A stretch of DNA of 54,942 nucleotides, taken from IMG/VR virus record IMGVR_UViG_3300036766_000429, positions 1 to 54,942 of that record; one strand, 5' to 3'. The translations under genes and the position numbers were made by a program. This document shows, piece after piece, positions 20,633-31,100 of the stretch (position 1 is the first letter of the stretch; the number at the start of each line of letters is the position of its first letter). The DNA comes from a virus (taxonomy: Duplodnaviria; Caudoviricetes). Below the pieces are notes generated by a model. It was not told where the DNA came from. It did not search any database and worked only from the letters and a program-made list of their open reading frames with translations.

Positions 20633-21381
20633 TGAAAAAATGTATTAAGTGTGGTGAAGAAAAAAAAATAAATAAAGACAATTTTTATTTTCGTAAAAGC
20701 AAAAATAATACTTATATATGTAATTCTAAATGCATAGTTTGTATTAAATTAGATAGAAAAATATACAGAGAAAACAATAAAGAAAAAATTAAAGCAACAA
20801 AAAAAATATACAGAGAAAATAATAAAGAAAAAGTACTTGCTGCATCTAAAAAATGGATAGATGAAAATAAGAAATCATACGAAGAGTACCAAAATAAATA
20901 TAGAGAGTTAAATAGAGAAAAAAGCAAGGAGCGCCATAAAAACAATAAAGAAAAAGAACAAAAACAAAATAAAGAATGGGAGTCTAAAAACAAAGAAAAA
21001 AGAAATAAATACAGAAGTGAACGAAGAAAAAATAATTGTATTATATCTATTAGAGAGGGTTTTGGTAGGGCAATTAATAAGGCTTTAAAAAAGAATTGTT
21101 CATCTAAGAAGGGTAATTCTTGCTTGCTTTATTTGCCATACACCATAGATGAATTAAAAAAGCACTTACAATCTTTGTGGGAGCCGTGGATGAATTGGGA
21201 TAATTATGGGAAATATAAAACTGGCGGCCCTAGAAAGTGGCATATAGATCATGTAATTCCACAATCATTATTACCATATCATTCTATGGATCATATTAAT
21301 TTTCAGAAATGTTGGGCGTTATCTAATTTGAGACCTTTAGACGCCGTTCAAAATATGTCAAAAGGGAAAAATGTCATTTGA
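20632..21381 (+). CDS. Free-standing HNH endonuclease (start revised to ATG 20632)
   Basis: MKKCIKC...KCIVC zinc ribbon, YRENNKEK repeats and WHIDHVIPQS...CWALSNLRPLDAVQN; AAGGAA SD upstream. Confidence 0.8.
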   Translation: MKKCIKCGEEKKINKDNFYFRKSKNNTYICNSKCIVCIKLDRKIYRENNKEKIKATKKIYRENNKEKVLAASKKWIDENKKSYEEYQNKYRELNREKSKERHKNNKEKEQKQNKEWESKNKEKRNKYRSERRKNNCIISIREGFGRAINKALKKNCSSKKGNSCLLYLPYTIDELKKHLQSLWEPWMNWDNYGKYKTGGPRKWHIDHVIPQSLLPYHSMDHINFQKCWALSNLRPLDAVQNMSKGKNVI

Positions 21382-21802
21382 TTTAAAATTACAAAACGGA
21401 GACCTACAAATATCTAATACTAATGATATAGCAAAAGTTGAAGGGTCTGATAAATTAAAACAAGATATTATTAAAATTATTAGCACACCCATTGGATCTA
21501 ACCCATTATTCCCATGGTACGGATCACCCATTAACCAGTCTTTAATAGGAACTGCCTTTTCCAGCAATTTTATTTCAAATTTAGCATCGGTACAATTAAA
21601 GGCGTCTTTAGAAAATCTACAAAATATACAAAAAGAACAAGCCAAAGGTAACCAAATAGTAACGCCGCAAGAGCAAATAGCGGCAGTTCAAGACGTAATA
21701 ATACAAAGAAATACTGAAGATCCTAGATTTTTCAAAATAATGTTAACGGTATTAAGTAAAGCATTTAGACAAGTTCAAACTTCATTGAATATTCAAATCT
21801 AA
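21371..21802 (+). CDS. Baseplate wedge / sheath initiator, gp25-like
   Basis: MSFDLKLQNGDL...KLKQDIIKIISTPIGSNPLFPWYGS pattern, size and position before baseplate J. Confidence 0.8.
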   Translation: MSFDLKLQNGDLQISNTNDIAKVEGSDKLKQDIIKIISTPIGSNPLFPWYGSPINQSLIGTAFSSNFISNLASVQLKASLENLQNIQKEQAKGNQIVTPQEQIAAVQDVIIQRNTEDPRFFKIMLTVLSKAFRQVQTSLNIQI

Positions 21803-21806
21803 AGTC

Positions 21807-21821
21807 GGCATTTTTTCGCAT
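21807..21821 (+). promoter_or_regulatory. Candidate late-promoter motif GGCATTTTTTCGCAT
   Basis: An identical 15-mer occurs at 31792-31806; both are intergenic and upstream of structural genes. Confidence 0.6.
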
Positions 21822-21887
21822 CATATCAGGTTCTCTTGATATATAATAGGTCGAATTAATGAATGATTTTTACAATGAGGCGGTATA

Positions 21888-24800
21888 ATGGCTCGTTTAA
21901 AAAGTACAAACGATCTCATTTTGAATGCTTTGGATTTTTTTAGAGCTGCACAGCCTCAGCTCAGCTTAAACCCAGGAACTGTCGCAAGAGATTTATTTGT
22001 TGACAACCCCTCCACACAATTATCTAGACTTTACGAAGAGTTAGCTCGTATTCGTACCTCTCAGTCATTACGACTTTCTATTGGTATTGATTTAGACAGA
22101 TTGGGGCAAAATTATGGAGCTACCAGAAAGCAGGGCTCTAAATCAAGTGGGCCGGCTCTTTTTACATTTAACGCAATAGATGCAGATATCCCAATAAATA
22201 AAGGGGATATTGTTACTGCTAATAATGGCGCAACATTTGTAGTTGTTAATAGCCAAACAGTAAGTGCAGTTTTCGCTAACACATATAGGGCAACCGCGTC
22301 ATTATTTAGGACCGCGTTAGATTTCGTTGGAAACACTGACCAATATGCAGCGCAAGTAAGTCTTGAAGCCACATCAATCGGCACTATTGGCAACATTTCT
22401 AAGTATGCATTAAGTACAGCGAGTACTGCCGGTGTATCAGGGGTAATTAATGCGGTTGCGTTTGGTGGCGGGTCAAATTCCGAAGATGATTCTGCTTTTA
22501 GGAATAGAGTCCTTGCTATATTCAGCGGGGCAAATACCGGCACATCTTTAGGGTATAGAAACGCGGCCCTATCAGATAACGCCGTGCTTGATGCAATAGT
22601 TGTTGGGCCAGGAGACACTTTAATGACTCGTGACGGGACGCAGGTTAATGTAAGTGAAGACGGAACTAGAACAATAGTATCAGAAGGTACTGGCGGGAAA
22701 GTAGATGTTTATATTTTCGGAACAAGGCTTACCGAGATACTTGATAGTTTTGTATACCAAGACAAGAGCAATAAGCAGGATCCTACAGATCCTAAAAATG
22801 ATTTTGTGTTAGGGCAAATTGCTGCTGATGCCGGGAAGACTGTTTCAAGAAAGCGACTTGATGATTTACAAACCGGGGTATTGCCAAGCCAGCCGGTTAA
22901 CAACATCTTTATTGTTTCAGGATCTTCAAGTGGTGAAAATTTCTCACAAAAACAAACTGATTCACTTGGCAGAGTAACTGGAAATTACGAACTAATTAAA
23001 GATACAGGTGCTTTTGCCGGAAGTCCTTGGGGTTTTGACAAGCTACATTGGATTAGTAATAAAATATCTGGATTTTCAGAAGATTTAACTAAAGGGCGTT
23101 TTAACGGGCAAGATCCTGTAACATTTACTGATGTTTTAAAAATAAGCGCTATAAAACAAAACATTCAAGTAAATAATGAAAACAGTAGAATAAACACATC
23201 AGACAGAACATCAATTCAGCTTTCACACTTCCCAATTACTTCAGTCACAAGAGTATTTAATCTTACAACTGGAGAGAGGTATGTTGTTGCAAATCAAAAC
23301 CCAGATGGAACAGGCTCTACCAACACAACTGGCCGAATAGTTATTTCGGGCAACACATTACCTGCGACTAGCGACATTTTGCAAGTTGATTATACGTGGC
23401 TTTACAGTTATGACCCCAGCTTTGATTTTGACAACAAAGTAAATGGCAATAATCCAAGGCAGGTAACAGACAGCGTTGATTGGGGATTTTCAAATGCTGT
23501 CAGGCGGCAACAATCATTAATTACCGTTACGGGATCTCAATTTACCACGACCGTTACACACCCAATAACAGCCGTAATAAGTGTAAATACATTTCTTAGT
23601 CAGTCATCAATTGTTACGTTAATTTCGGGAAGACTTGCAGTTGTTGTTTCTAATACGGTGGCAAATGTAGTTAGTATACTGAAAACTACAGATTTGGCAG
23701 AGCTATTTGTTACCGGGGCGAACAATGGTACGTTTAGTGGTTTAACAATATTCTTACCAACAGACACAACGGCCGAAGTTGGAGATGCGGTAGATGTTGT
23801 CTATAATGCTAATGATGTATTTACTGTAAGTGGCATTAGCGGAAGTTTCGATGGTAACATTATTACTTTGTCTGCTGATGCCAATGTGGTGGCTGGTACG
23901 CTAGTAGAGTGCAACTATATATCGAATATAAAGACGTTACTTCCCACAACACTTCTTCCAAATTTGCCCGCTATTCGCAACGAAAATACGTTTAAGACTG
24001 CTATAAATGTAAGTATAGGAACGCAGCCAGTAACAAATATATTCTCTTCTCCTGGTGTAATTGAACAAAACCTTAGGCAGGCTCCAAGCAGATTACAACT
24101 ATCTATTTCTGGAAACATTTCTCCTGGCGTTATTACTGTTTCTGGAACAACTTTTTCTGGCGTTTTTGATTCAATTATCACGTCATCATCAAACTTACTA
24201 ACATATAACTTGTCATCAGTTATAAAGTCGGCACTTGGTTTAAGTTCGGCTCAAACTGTTCCAAGCAACGTTGAAGTTGTTAGAGTAATTAATGTCGAAA
24301 AAGTAACTACAACATCTTCTCTTGATGTTTTAAGCGTAGACCATTCATTTGATATTAAGAACTATAAATTAAGAAATAATAGCTTTGTTAAATCTGAGTG
24401 TGTTTCTGATTCATTATTAACAACTACAGAATTTTCTCTTCCTGAAACCCCTGATAATTTGGCTAATATTCCTAATATTGGAGACAGGTTGAGAGTTACG
24501 TTCTACTTCTCAACTACTAGCGATAGCGAAAATGTGGCTTTCAGTAAAACAGGGTCTCTATTTACACAGAAAATTTTTGCATTAGTTGATACGGTTGCCA
24601 TTTCAAGCGGGTTTACTTCTGCACAATCTCAATCGGCCAGCATTTCAATATTGAACCAAAACCAACCCGCATCTGGCACAAGGTATTCTCCGGCGTATGA
24701 TTATCTAGCCCCAAAAAGCAATGAAAGAATTATAATTAAATATAATGAAAATAAATTAATTTCTGATTCAACAATAAACATAGAGGCTGTTAGGCCAATT

Positions 24801-25136
24801 AGCGCTGATATTTTAGTAAAGTCTGCGGTAGCACTGCTCGTAGATGCTTCGCTAGTAATTGTTGTCTCTACTTCATTTGCTAGCCAAGGAGCAAGTCAAA
24901 TAGTAGCACAAAACGTACGAGACGCAATTACATCTACGTTAAATGCTCAAGCGCTAGGGACATCTATTAACTCTTCTAATTTGGTTAATGCGGCGTATAC
25001 AGTTCAGGGAGTTGACAGGGTTAGAGTTTCTTATTTTAATATAAACGGACAAATTGGAAGCGTACTAACGATAGCCGCAACAAAAAACCAATTTATACAA
25101 GCAAATAATGTTCAAGTGACAGTTGAGACTGCATAA
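21888..25136 (+). CDS. Baseplate J / gp6-like wedge protein with a large internal insertion
   Basis: DLDRLGQNYGATRK, IPINKGDIV, GTIGNI, GGSNSEDDSAFRNR and GKVDVYI baseplate-J motifs; C-terminal VQGVDRV. Confidence 0.85.
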   Translation: MARLKSTNDLILNALDFFRAAQPQLSLNPGTVARDLFVDNPSTQLSRLYEELARIRTSQSLRLSIGIDLDRLGQNYGATRKQGSKSSGPALFTFNAIDADIPINKGDIVTANNGATFVVVNSQTVSAVFANTYRATASLFRTALDFVGNTDQYAAQVSLEATSIGTIGNISKYALSTASTAGVSGVINAVAFGGGSNSEDDSAFRNRVLAIFSGANTGTSLGYRNAALSDNAVLDAIVVGPGDTLMTRDGTQVNVSEDGTRTIVSEGTGGKVDVYIFGTRLTEILDSFVYQDKSNKQDPTDPKNDFVLGQIAADAGKTVSRKRLDDLQTGVLPSQPVNNIFIVSGSSSGENFSQKQTDSLGRVTGNYELIKDTGAFAGSPWGFDKLHWISNKISGFSEDLTKGRFNGQDPVTFTDVLKISAIKQNIQVNNENSRINTSDRTSIQLSHFPITSVTRVFNLTTGERYVVANQNPDGTGSTNTTGRIVISGNTLPATSDILQVDYTWLYSYDPSFDFDNKVNGNNPRQVTDSVDWGFSNAVRRQQSLITVTGSQFTTTVTHPITAVISVNTFLSQSSIVTLISGRLAVVVSNTVANVVSILKTTDLAELFVTGANNGTFSGLTIFLPTDTTAEVGDAVDVVYNANDVFTVSGISGSFDGNIITLSADANVVAGTLVECNYISNIKTLLPTTLLPNLPAIRNENTFKTAINVSIGTQPVTNIFSSPGVIEQNLRQAPSRLQLSISGNISPGVITVSGTTFSGVFDSIITSSSNLLTYNLSSVIKSALGLSSAQTVPSNVEVVRVINVEKVTTTSSLDVLSVDHSFDIKNYKLRNNSFVKSECVSDSLLTTTEFSLPETPDNLANIPNIGDRLRVTFYFSTTSDSENVAFSKTGSLFTQKIFALVDTVAISSGFTSAQSQSASISILNQNQPASGTRYSPAYDYLAPKSNERIIIKYNENKLISDSTINIEAVRPISADILVKSAVALLVDASLVIVVSTSFASQGASQIVAQNVRDAITSTLNAQALGTSINSSNLVNAAYTVQGVDRVRVSYFNINGQIGSVLTIAATKNQFIQANNVQVTVETA

Positions 25137-28100
25137 TGGCCAATTTAAGATTAATACAAGTAAAAGCTGGCGATATACGCACAATAAATGCTAGTTTTAA
25201 TAATACGCTTGATCCCTTAATAGGCACATCTAACGTTACAGTATCATCTCTTATTGTTGGGACCCCTGATGCTGAGATTATTGCGGTTAGCGTAAGTGGA
25301 AATAAGCTTGCCATTACAGTTCAGCCGCTTACTCCTCACGCTGCATATTTAGTGACATTTAAGTCTACACAAACGGTTATCTTTAAATCTCTAGATGGCG
25401 CCTCTGTTTTATTTGAAGATGGAAGTACAAATACCGCACAAATATTAGGCCCAGAAGATCCTGAAAATCCAATAAGAAACAATCTAGTATCATTCTTAAA
25501 AGATAACGTTTATAATCTTAGCCGTGGTACATTAGTAAGATTAATTATAGATCAATTGGCAACCTCTTATTTGGGAGCGAGAACCGATATAAGACAATCG
25601 AAAACTGATAATTATTTGAAATTTCAGGTTTTTGATGAAAGAAAAGTTAGAGGAAGTGGTCCATTTGACAGGCTTAATGAAGAGGGCGTGTTTAATGTGG
25701 TTAGGGTTGGGAAGACGCCAACTGGAGACACTGGTAAGTTAAGCTTTAGTTTTGACAGTTTCCCATTTGATTTGATCACTTTACAGAGAACGGATGTTAT
25801 TGGAGAGTCTCTTCAGGCGGGAAACTCAGACGTTAAGGGCACATTTGATGGGCTAACATTAACTGTAAATAATGGGCCGGTTACAAAAGTAAATAGCGTT
25901 GTCATAAAATACCAAAACTCAACTGTGTTTACGTATGATATTCGTTCTTATGGGTACAGGCTACAAAATCCCGTATATGACACTGCGTACGCTTCAACAT
26001 TATTATCACTAGAAGACAACCAAGTAAAACTAAGCGATGAAATTTTGGATGCCGCCGGATTTGTTGTTCCGGGTGGTGGCGACATTATATCTATTAATTA
26101 TGAATACAAATTTGTTGGTCGTTTTGTTGATGAGTCTACCGTGCAAGTTTCGCAAGTATTAAATGAGGCGCGCGAACCAACCCCGGCGCTTTTGAATCAA
26201 TTTTCATTGGGGCATGCTCCGATTGTTACTGCGGCAGATCAAATTCCAACTAGTGGTGGCGTTCAATTTTTAGACCCAAATTCAGCCACACCATTTTTGA
26301 CAATACATCCGGCCTTTACCACGGAGATACCGTTTGTTAAGAACGCAATTCCAAGCAGCATCGGAGAGTACGCTGTAGATTATGAAACTGGCACCGTGTT
26401 AGTTTATGGAGCAACATCAGCTCATGATGGTTCAGGAAATTTCCCACCAGGCGCTACATACAATTACAGGAATGTTTTTGTTAGCGGCTTAGACTATACG
26501 TATAGGGCAGAAACTAGCGAATTAGTTGCAAGCCCCATTAGAGATTTAATATCTCAGTCAGCAAAAATATCTTTTAGTTTTGAAGACGTATTAGTTGCCG
26601 GAAAAGATTATAACGCCCTAGTACATAAAGAAGTAATTGACGAAAGAATTCAAAATAGAATTAAAACAACAAATAGCATTGGGACATTAAACGCATCATT
26701 GACAGATGTTTTTAGAATTTTTAATGAAACAACCGGCGAAGTATATTCTCTAACACGATTCAATGACAGTTCCGTATTTTTTAATTTTAGAAATGCCCCA
26801 AGAATATTACAATCGATAAGAGAAAGGGCCACGTTTGAAAGCGTGACAAATGAATCACTAATAGTATCAAAAGATTCTGTTAATATTTTAAGCACAAGAG
26901 TATTAAAAGCACAATTACTAAATAATAGAATTATGTCAACTACTGATGACGTAATAGGTTCTAGTTATAATACAAGCGCTCAATTTAGCAAAACAAGTAT
27001 ATTTGTTACAGAATTATACTATGATACGCTATTAAGCCCCACAATAAATACAAATAGGCTTAATGTTGGCCAGTATCAAATTGATTATAGAAACGGAACT
27101 GTATATGTCGGGGTAACAAATGCGCAAACTTTTGACATTGGAACAGTCTCATATAAAAAGCCGGCTGTCGTATCTCAAAACGCACATATTCTCGGGGTCT
27201 CTAATATTTATTATAGCCTAGACCCAAACACAGGAGTAACTAAGACACTAAATTATACAAGCTTTAATGACACTGAAATATTTCCAAGCTCATTTGATGT
27301 GTCTGATGAAAGGTTTTTAAATGGCGATACTACGCTTCCATATTTTGAGAACGCCGGCACAATTACAGTTACTGACGATATAAAAAATATTCGTCATATA
27401 TTTGATGTATATGACCTAGATCATAATATTGTTCCTACCGATTTTTCTGATGGTGCAACTTTTTCAGCAAACATTATTACCCTGGATCCAAGCGGTGTTG
27501 AAAAAAGAGAAGTATTAGTTGTTGAGCCTGGGCTAAAGCTAAATGTAAGTTTTATATCTCCTGGCATTGAAGTTAAAGGAGCAATTAGCGCTGTACGAAT
27601 AATTGACGGGTACCAACTTCTTGATGGCTATGAAACCATTTCCGGAAACACAATAACCTTATCAGTAACAAGCGGAGCAGTAGTTGGAAATGTTGTTGAT
27701 GTCATTTATACAGTAGTAATGAATGGTGCAGCAACTCCGATAGTCGATTATAATAGAGGAGATTACTTTATAGATTATACGTATTTAGCCGATGAGATAC
27801 TTGTAAGTTATGAGTACGGAGATAACGTATTAGATTTTAGGGAAGGATCTGCGCTTGGAGAGGGAGATGAGTATTTCGTAACGTACCAAGCTGGTGCCCT
27901 TAGAGACGCATTACAAAACAACTTTGGAAGTTTAGTTGATATTCCAGAGTTAAACGCTGTTGATATTCATTTGTCAAGAGATACGTACAGAGATGCATTA
28001 ACCGCGGCATTACAGTGTTTTACAAAAGGGCCAACTATACCCGCCATTAGCGCAATTGCCTCTAATATAACCAAAATAAATCCGCAAATTATAGAATCTG

Positions 28101-31100
28101 TATTTGATGTTTGGTCACTAGGCATTAGTTATTTGTTCAAAGATGAAATTGTTACATACGGAAACCCTAAATTAGTTGCCGGAAAGTTTGACCAAGGAAT
28201 ATTAATTGATACGCCTGGCCAAGCAGTATCATTTTCTGTTTCTAATAATGTGCGGCTTGATGAAGGCACTATAGAAACATGGATTATACCAGAGTGGAAC
28301 GGGCTAGATAATGATGCCACGCTTACAATATCTCCAATATTAAAGGGCGGCTATGCTATATCTGCCTCAGCAATATTTATTGGGGCAAGTAGTTTCAACC
28401 CAACACTTGATGATAGCGGATCTTTTTCTTTAAACAGAAGAGATGATTTGAGTCCGGTAGGATTGCCATCAGCCATTTACACTAAACTTGGAATGTTTAT
28501 ATTTTATGACACAGACGTCAATCACTGGAAAATAATATCTAAAGATTTCGCAGACGGATATGTATACTCTGGAACGGTGCAATCGTCAGGGGAAGTGTAT
28601 GACGCAAAGTTTATAGACAATTTCAGTCATCCAGGCGATATAATAAGAAGCAGTGGCAATAAAATAGATTTTTCATTTAATATGGACGGTTATCAAGACG
28701 GATATATCGATGGCTATACTCCCGGATATGCTTTCGACGGAATTACATTTATGGCTGACGAGGAACATTTTATATTTGACTTTGCTGAAACAAAGGACAA
28801 GAACAGATTTTCATTATTTAAGGATGGCAGCGGGTATTTAAACTTTAGCGTTTGGGATCGTGGCGGAAAATATAATCAAAAGAAAGACAGAAGAAATAAT
28901 TACAATATTAGCGCCGACATTCAAGGGTGGTTAGCTGGAGAAAAACATCATGTCGCTATATCCTGGAAACTAAATACTTCAGACAGAAGAGACGAAATGC
29001 ATCTTTTCGTTGACGGCTTCGAGGTTCCTAATATTATGCTTTATGGAGGAAGGCCTATATCAACATCAACAGATAGGTTTGGAACAGTTAAGCCAGAAAT
29101 AATTGCCGGAACAGTCCCTCTTACCTGTGTTGTCGGTGCGGATCTTCAAACAAATTCAGGATCTTATTTCGTAACATCTGCTAGCAATAATTTTACGTCA
29201 GACGGAATTCTTCCTGGTAATACAATTCAAATTAATGAGACTGGTTTTAGTACATACTCAATACTAGCGGTTAGCGGGAACACATTGCAATTAAACACTG
29301 CTATGCCAGCAACATTATCAGATGCTAAATTCTCTGTAAACCCATATTCTGCCGTTGTATCCAGCGAAATAGATTTGTACTCCAATATAGCCGTATCAAT
29401 TCTAAGTGGAGCCGTAGAAACAGAAATACCTGGGTTAAGGGCTACTGTTCCCGCTTATTCTATCAGCAAAAACGGACTAAATCAAAATGTATTAACGCTT
29501 TTAGGTGACGCTAAGGCTGGCGATAAGGTATTGATAAGAACCCTTGGAAGAAATCACAGACGATGTAGAGATCAAGTATTTATATGGGGCAATACACAGG
29601 CCGTTCTTAAAACCGCATTACCCCCGCCAATAAATCTTGATGAAGCAAGCATCGTGGCGGTAGTTATGCCTTATACCGTAATTGGCCCAGCAAACTCTAC
29701 AATTTCTTTTGGAAACTTTGTAGCAACAGGACTCCCTATAACTCAACCGACCAATAGCACAGAAGGCCGTAAACTATCGATTAGAGTTACTGGCGGAAAT
29801 GTAAACTTTGGTACGCCGACAACAGTAACTATTAACGGAACAACAGCAGCAGGCCCATTACTTGAAACATTAACATTCTCTGCCGCAGGAACGCAAAGCA
29901 CAACCAATAAATTCAAAACAACTTCTTCCGTTGATGTACAGACAACTCCATTGATAACTAGTAAAAATGGAGTAGCAGTAGAGATAAAGGAAGTGTATCC
30001 GATCACAATCCCAGATGGAAATAATGCATATCCAGTAATTAGATTTGCTTATAAAACGCAATCTGGTTTTTCTTTGCAGGGTACTGGAAATACAACAGTT
30101 ACAGATAATAATGGATTCTTTCCGTTATCTGATGTTGGAAATTTGTTAGTAATTACTTATCCGGCCCCGGTAGCAGGAACATACACTATAGCTAATCGTC
30201 TAAATAACACGAACGTACAGTTAAACATTCCTACTGGCTCTGCGTTTTCTGGTGGGAAATATGATACGTTTAACGTTTCAATTGGTCGTAGCGGATTTCA
30301 GAATGGATTTTTCTTCTTAGAAACCGCCGGAATGACAAATATACCGTACCCAATTCCTCAAGGCGTTTATGAATTTGATTATCAGTCTTTCTTAGAAGTT
30401 CCATTTGATCCAATAAACCAAACAGCATTTGTTGGTTCGGATTTTAATTTAACCAAGCCGGCCAAAGCGGTGTTGGATGAACTCAGAATATCTTCTCACA
30501 TGATGACTGACACAAGGGTTGGGGAAACTATTGCGGCAAACCAAGAGTCTATCACAACTGATTTTATATCAATTAGAGAACTTAGGAAAAATCATTCTAC
30601 ATTGGCACTGCTGCACTTTAACTCATTGCCGCTAATTAATGATTCTGATTTTTATGTATTGGCAGATAGAGATTTCGTTCAGTCGGCAGATAGTGTTAAT
30701 GCTAATTTTGGCCAGAGTATAGTTATAACCGATAAGGGGCTATCTTTTGATAATAATGGCAGGCTGACAACTAGAAGCGAAGGGACAATAGAATTTTGGG
30801 TTAGTCCAAGATTTGATACATATAACGACCCTGTTCCAAGAGTTTATTTTGACGCCACAAGCTCTGTAGTAGAAGAGGAAGTTAGTATTACAAAGGGGAC
30901 TGTGAAGGTATCAAGAAGTATAGAGCAGGTTCTTAGTGTAAGATTGCAAACTGATACTAAAGATTCTGGTCAAGATTATTTTCAAAGCGGCACAGTTTCA
31001 AGTGACCGCCAAACAATTAATTTAAAAGTAGCGCTACCATACCAACAAACACCTGTTAAAATTGCCTACATACCTTCTGGCCTTGGCGGGGACCGAATTA

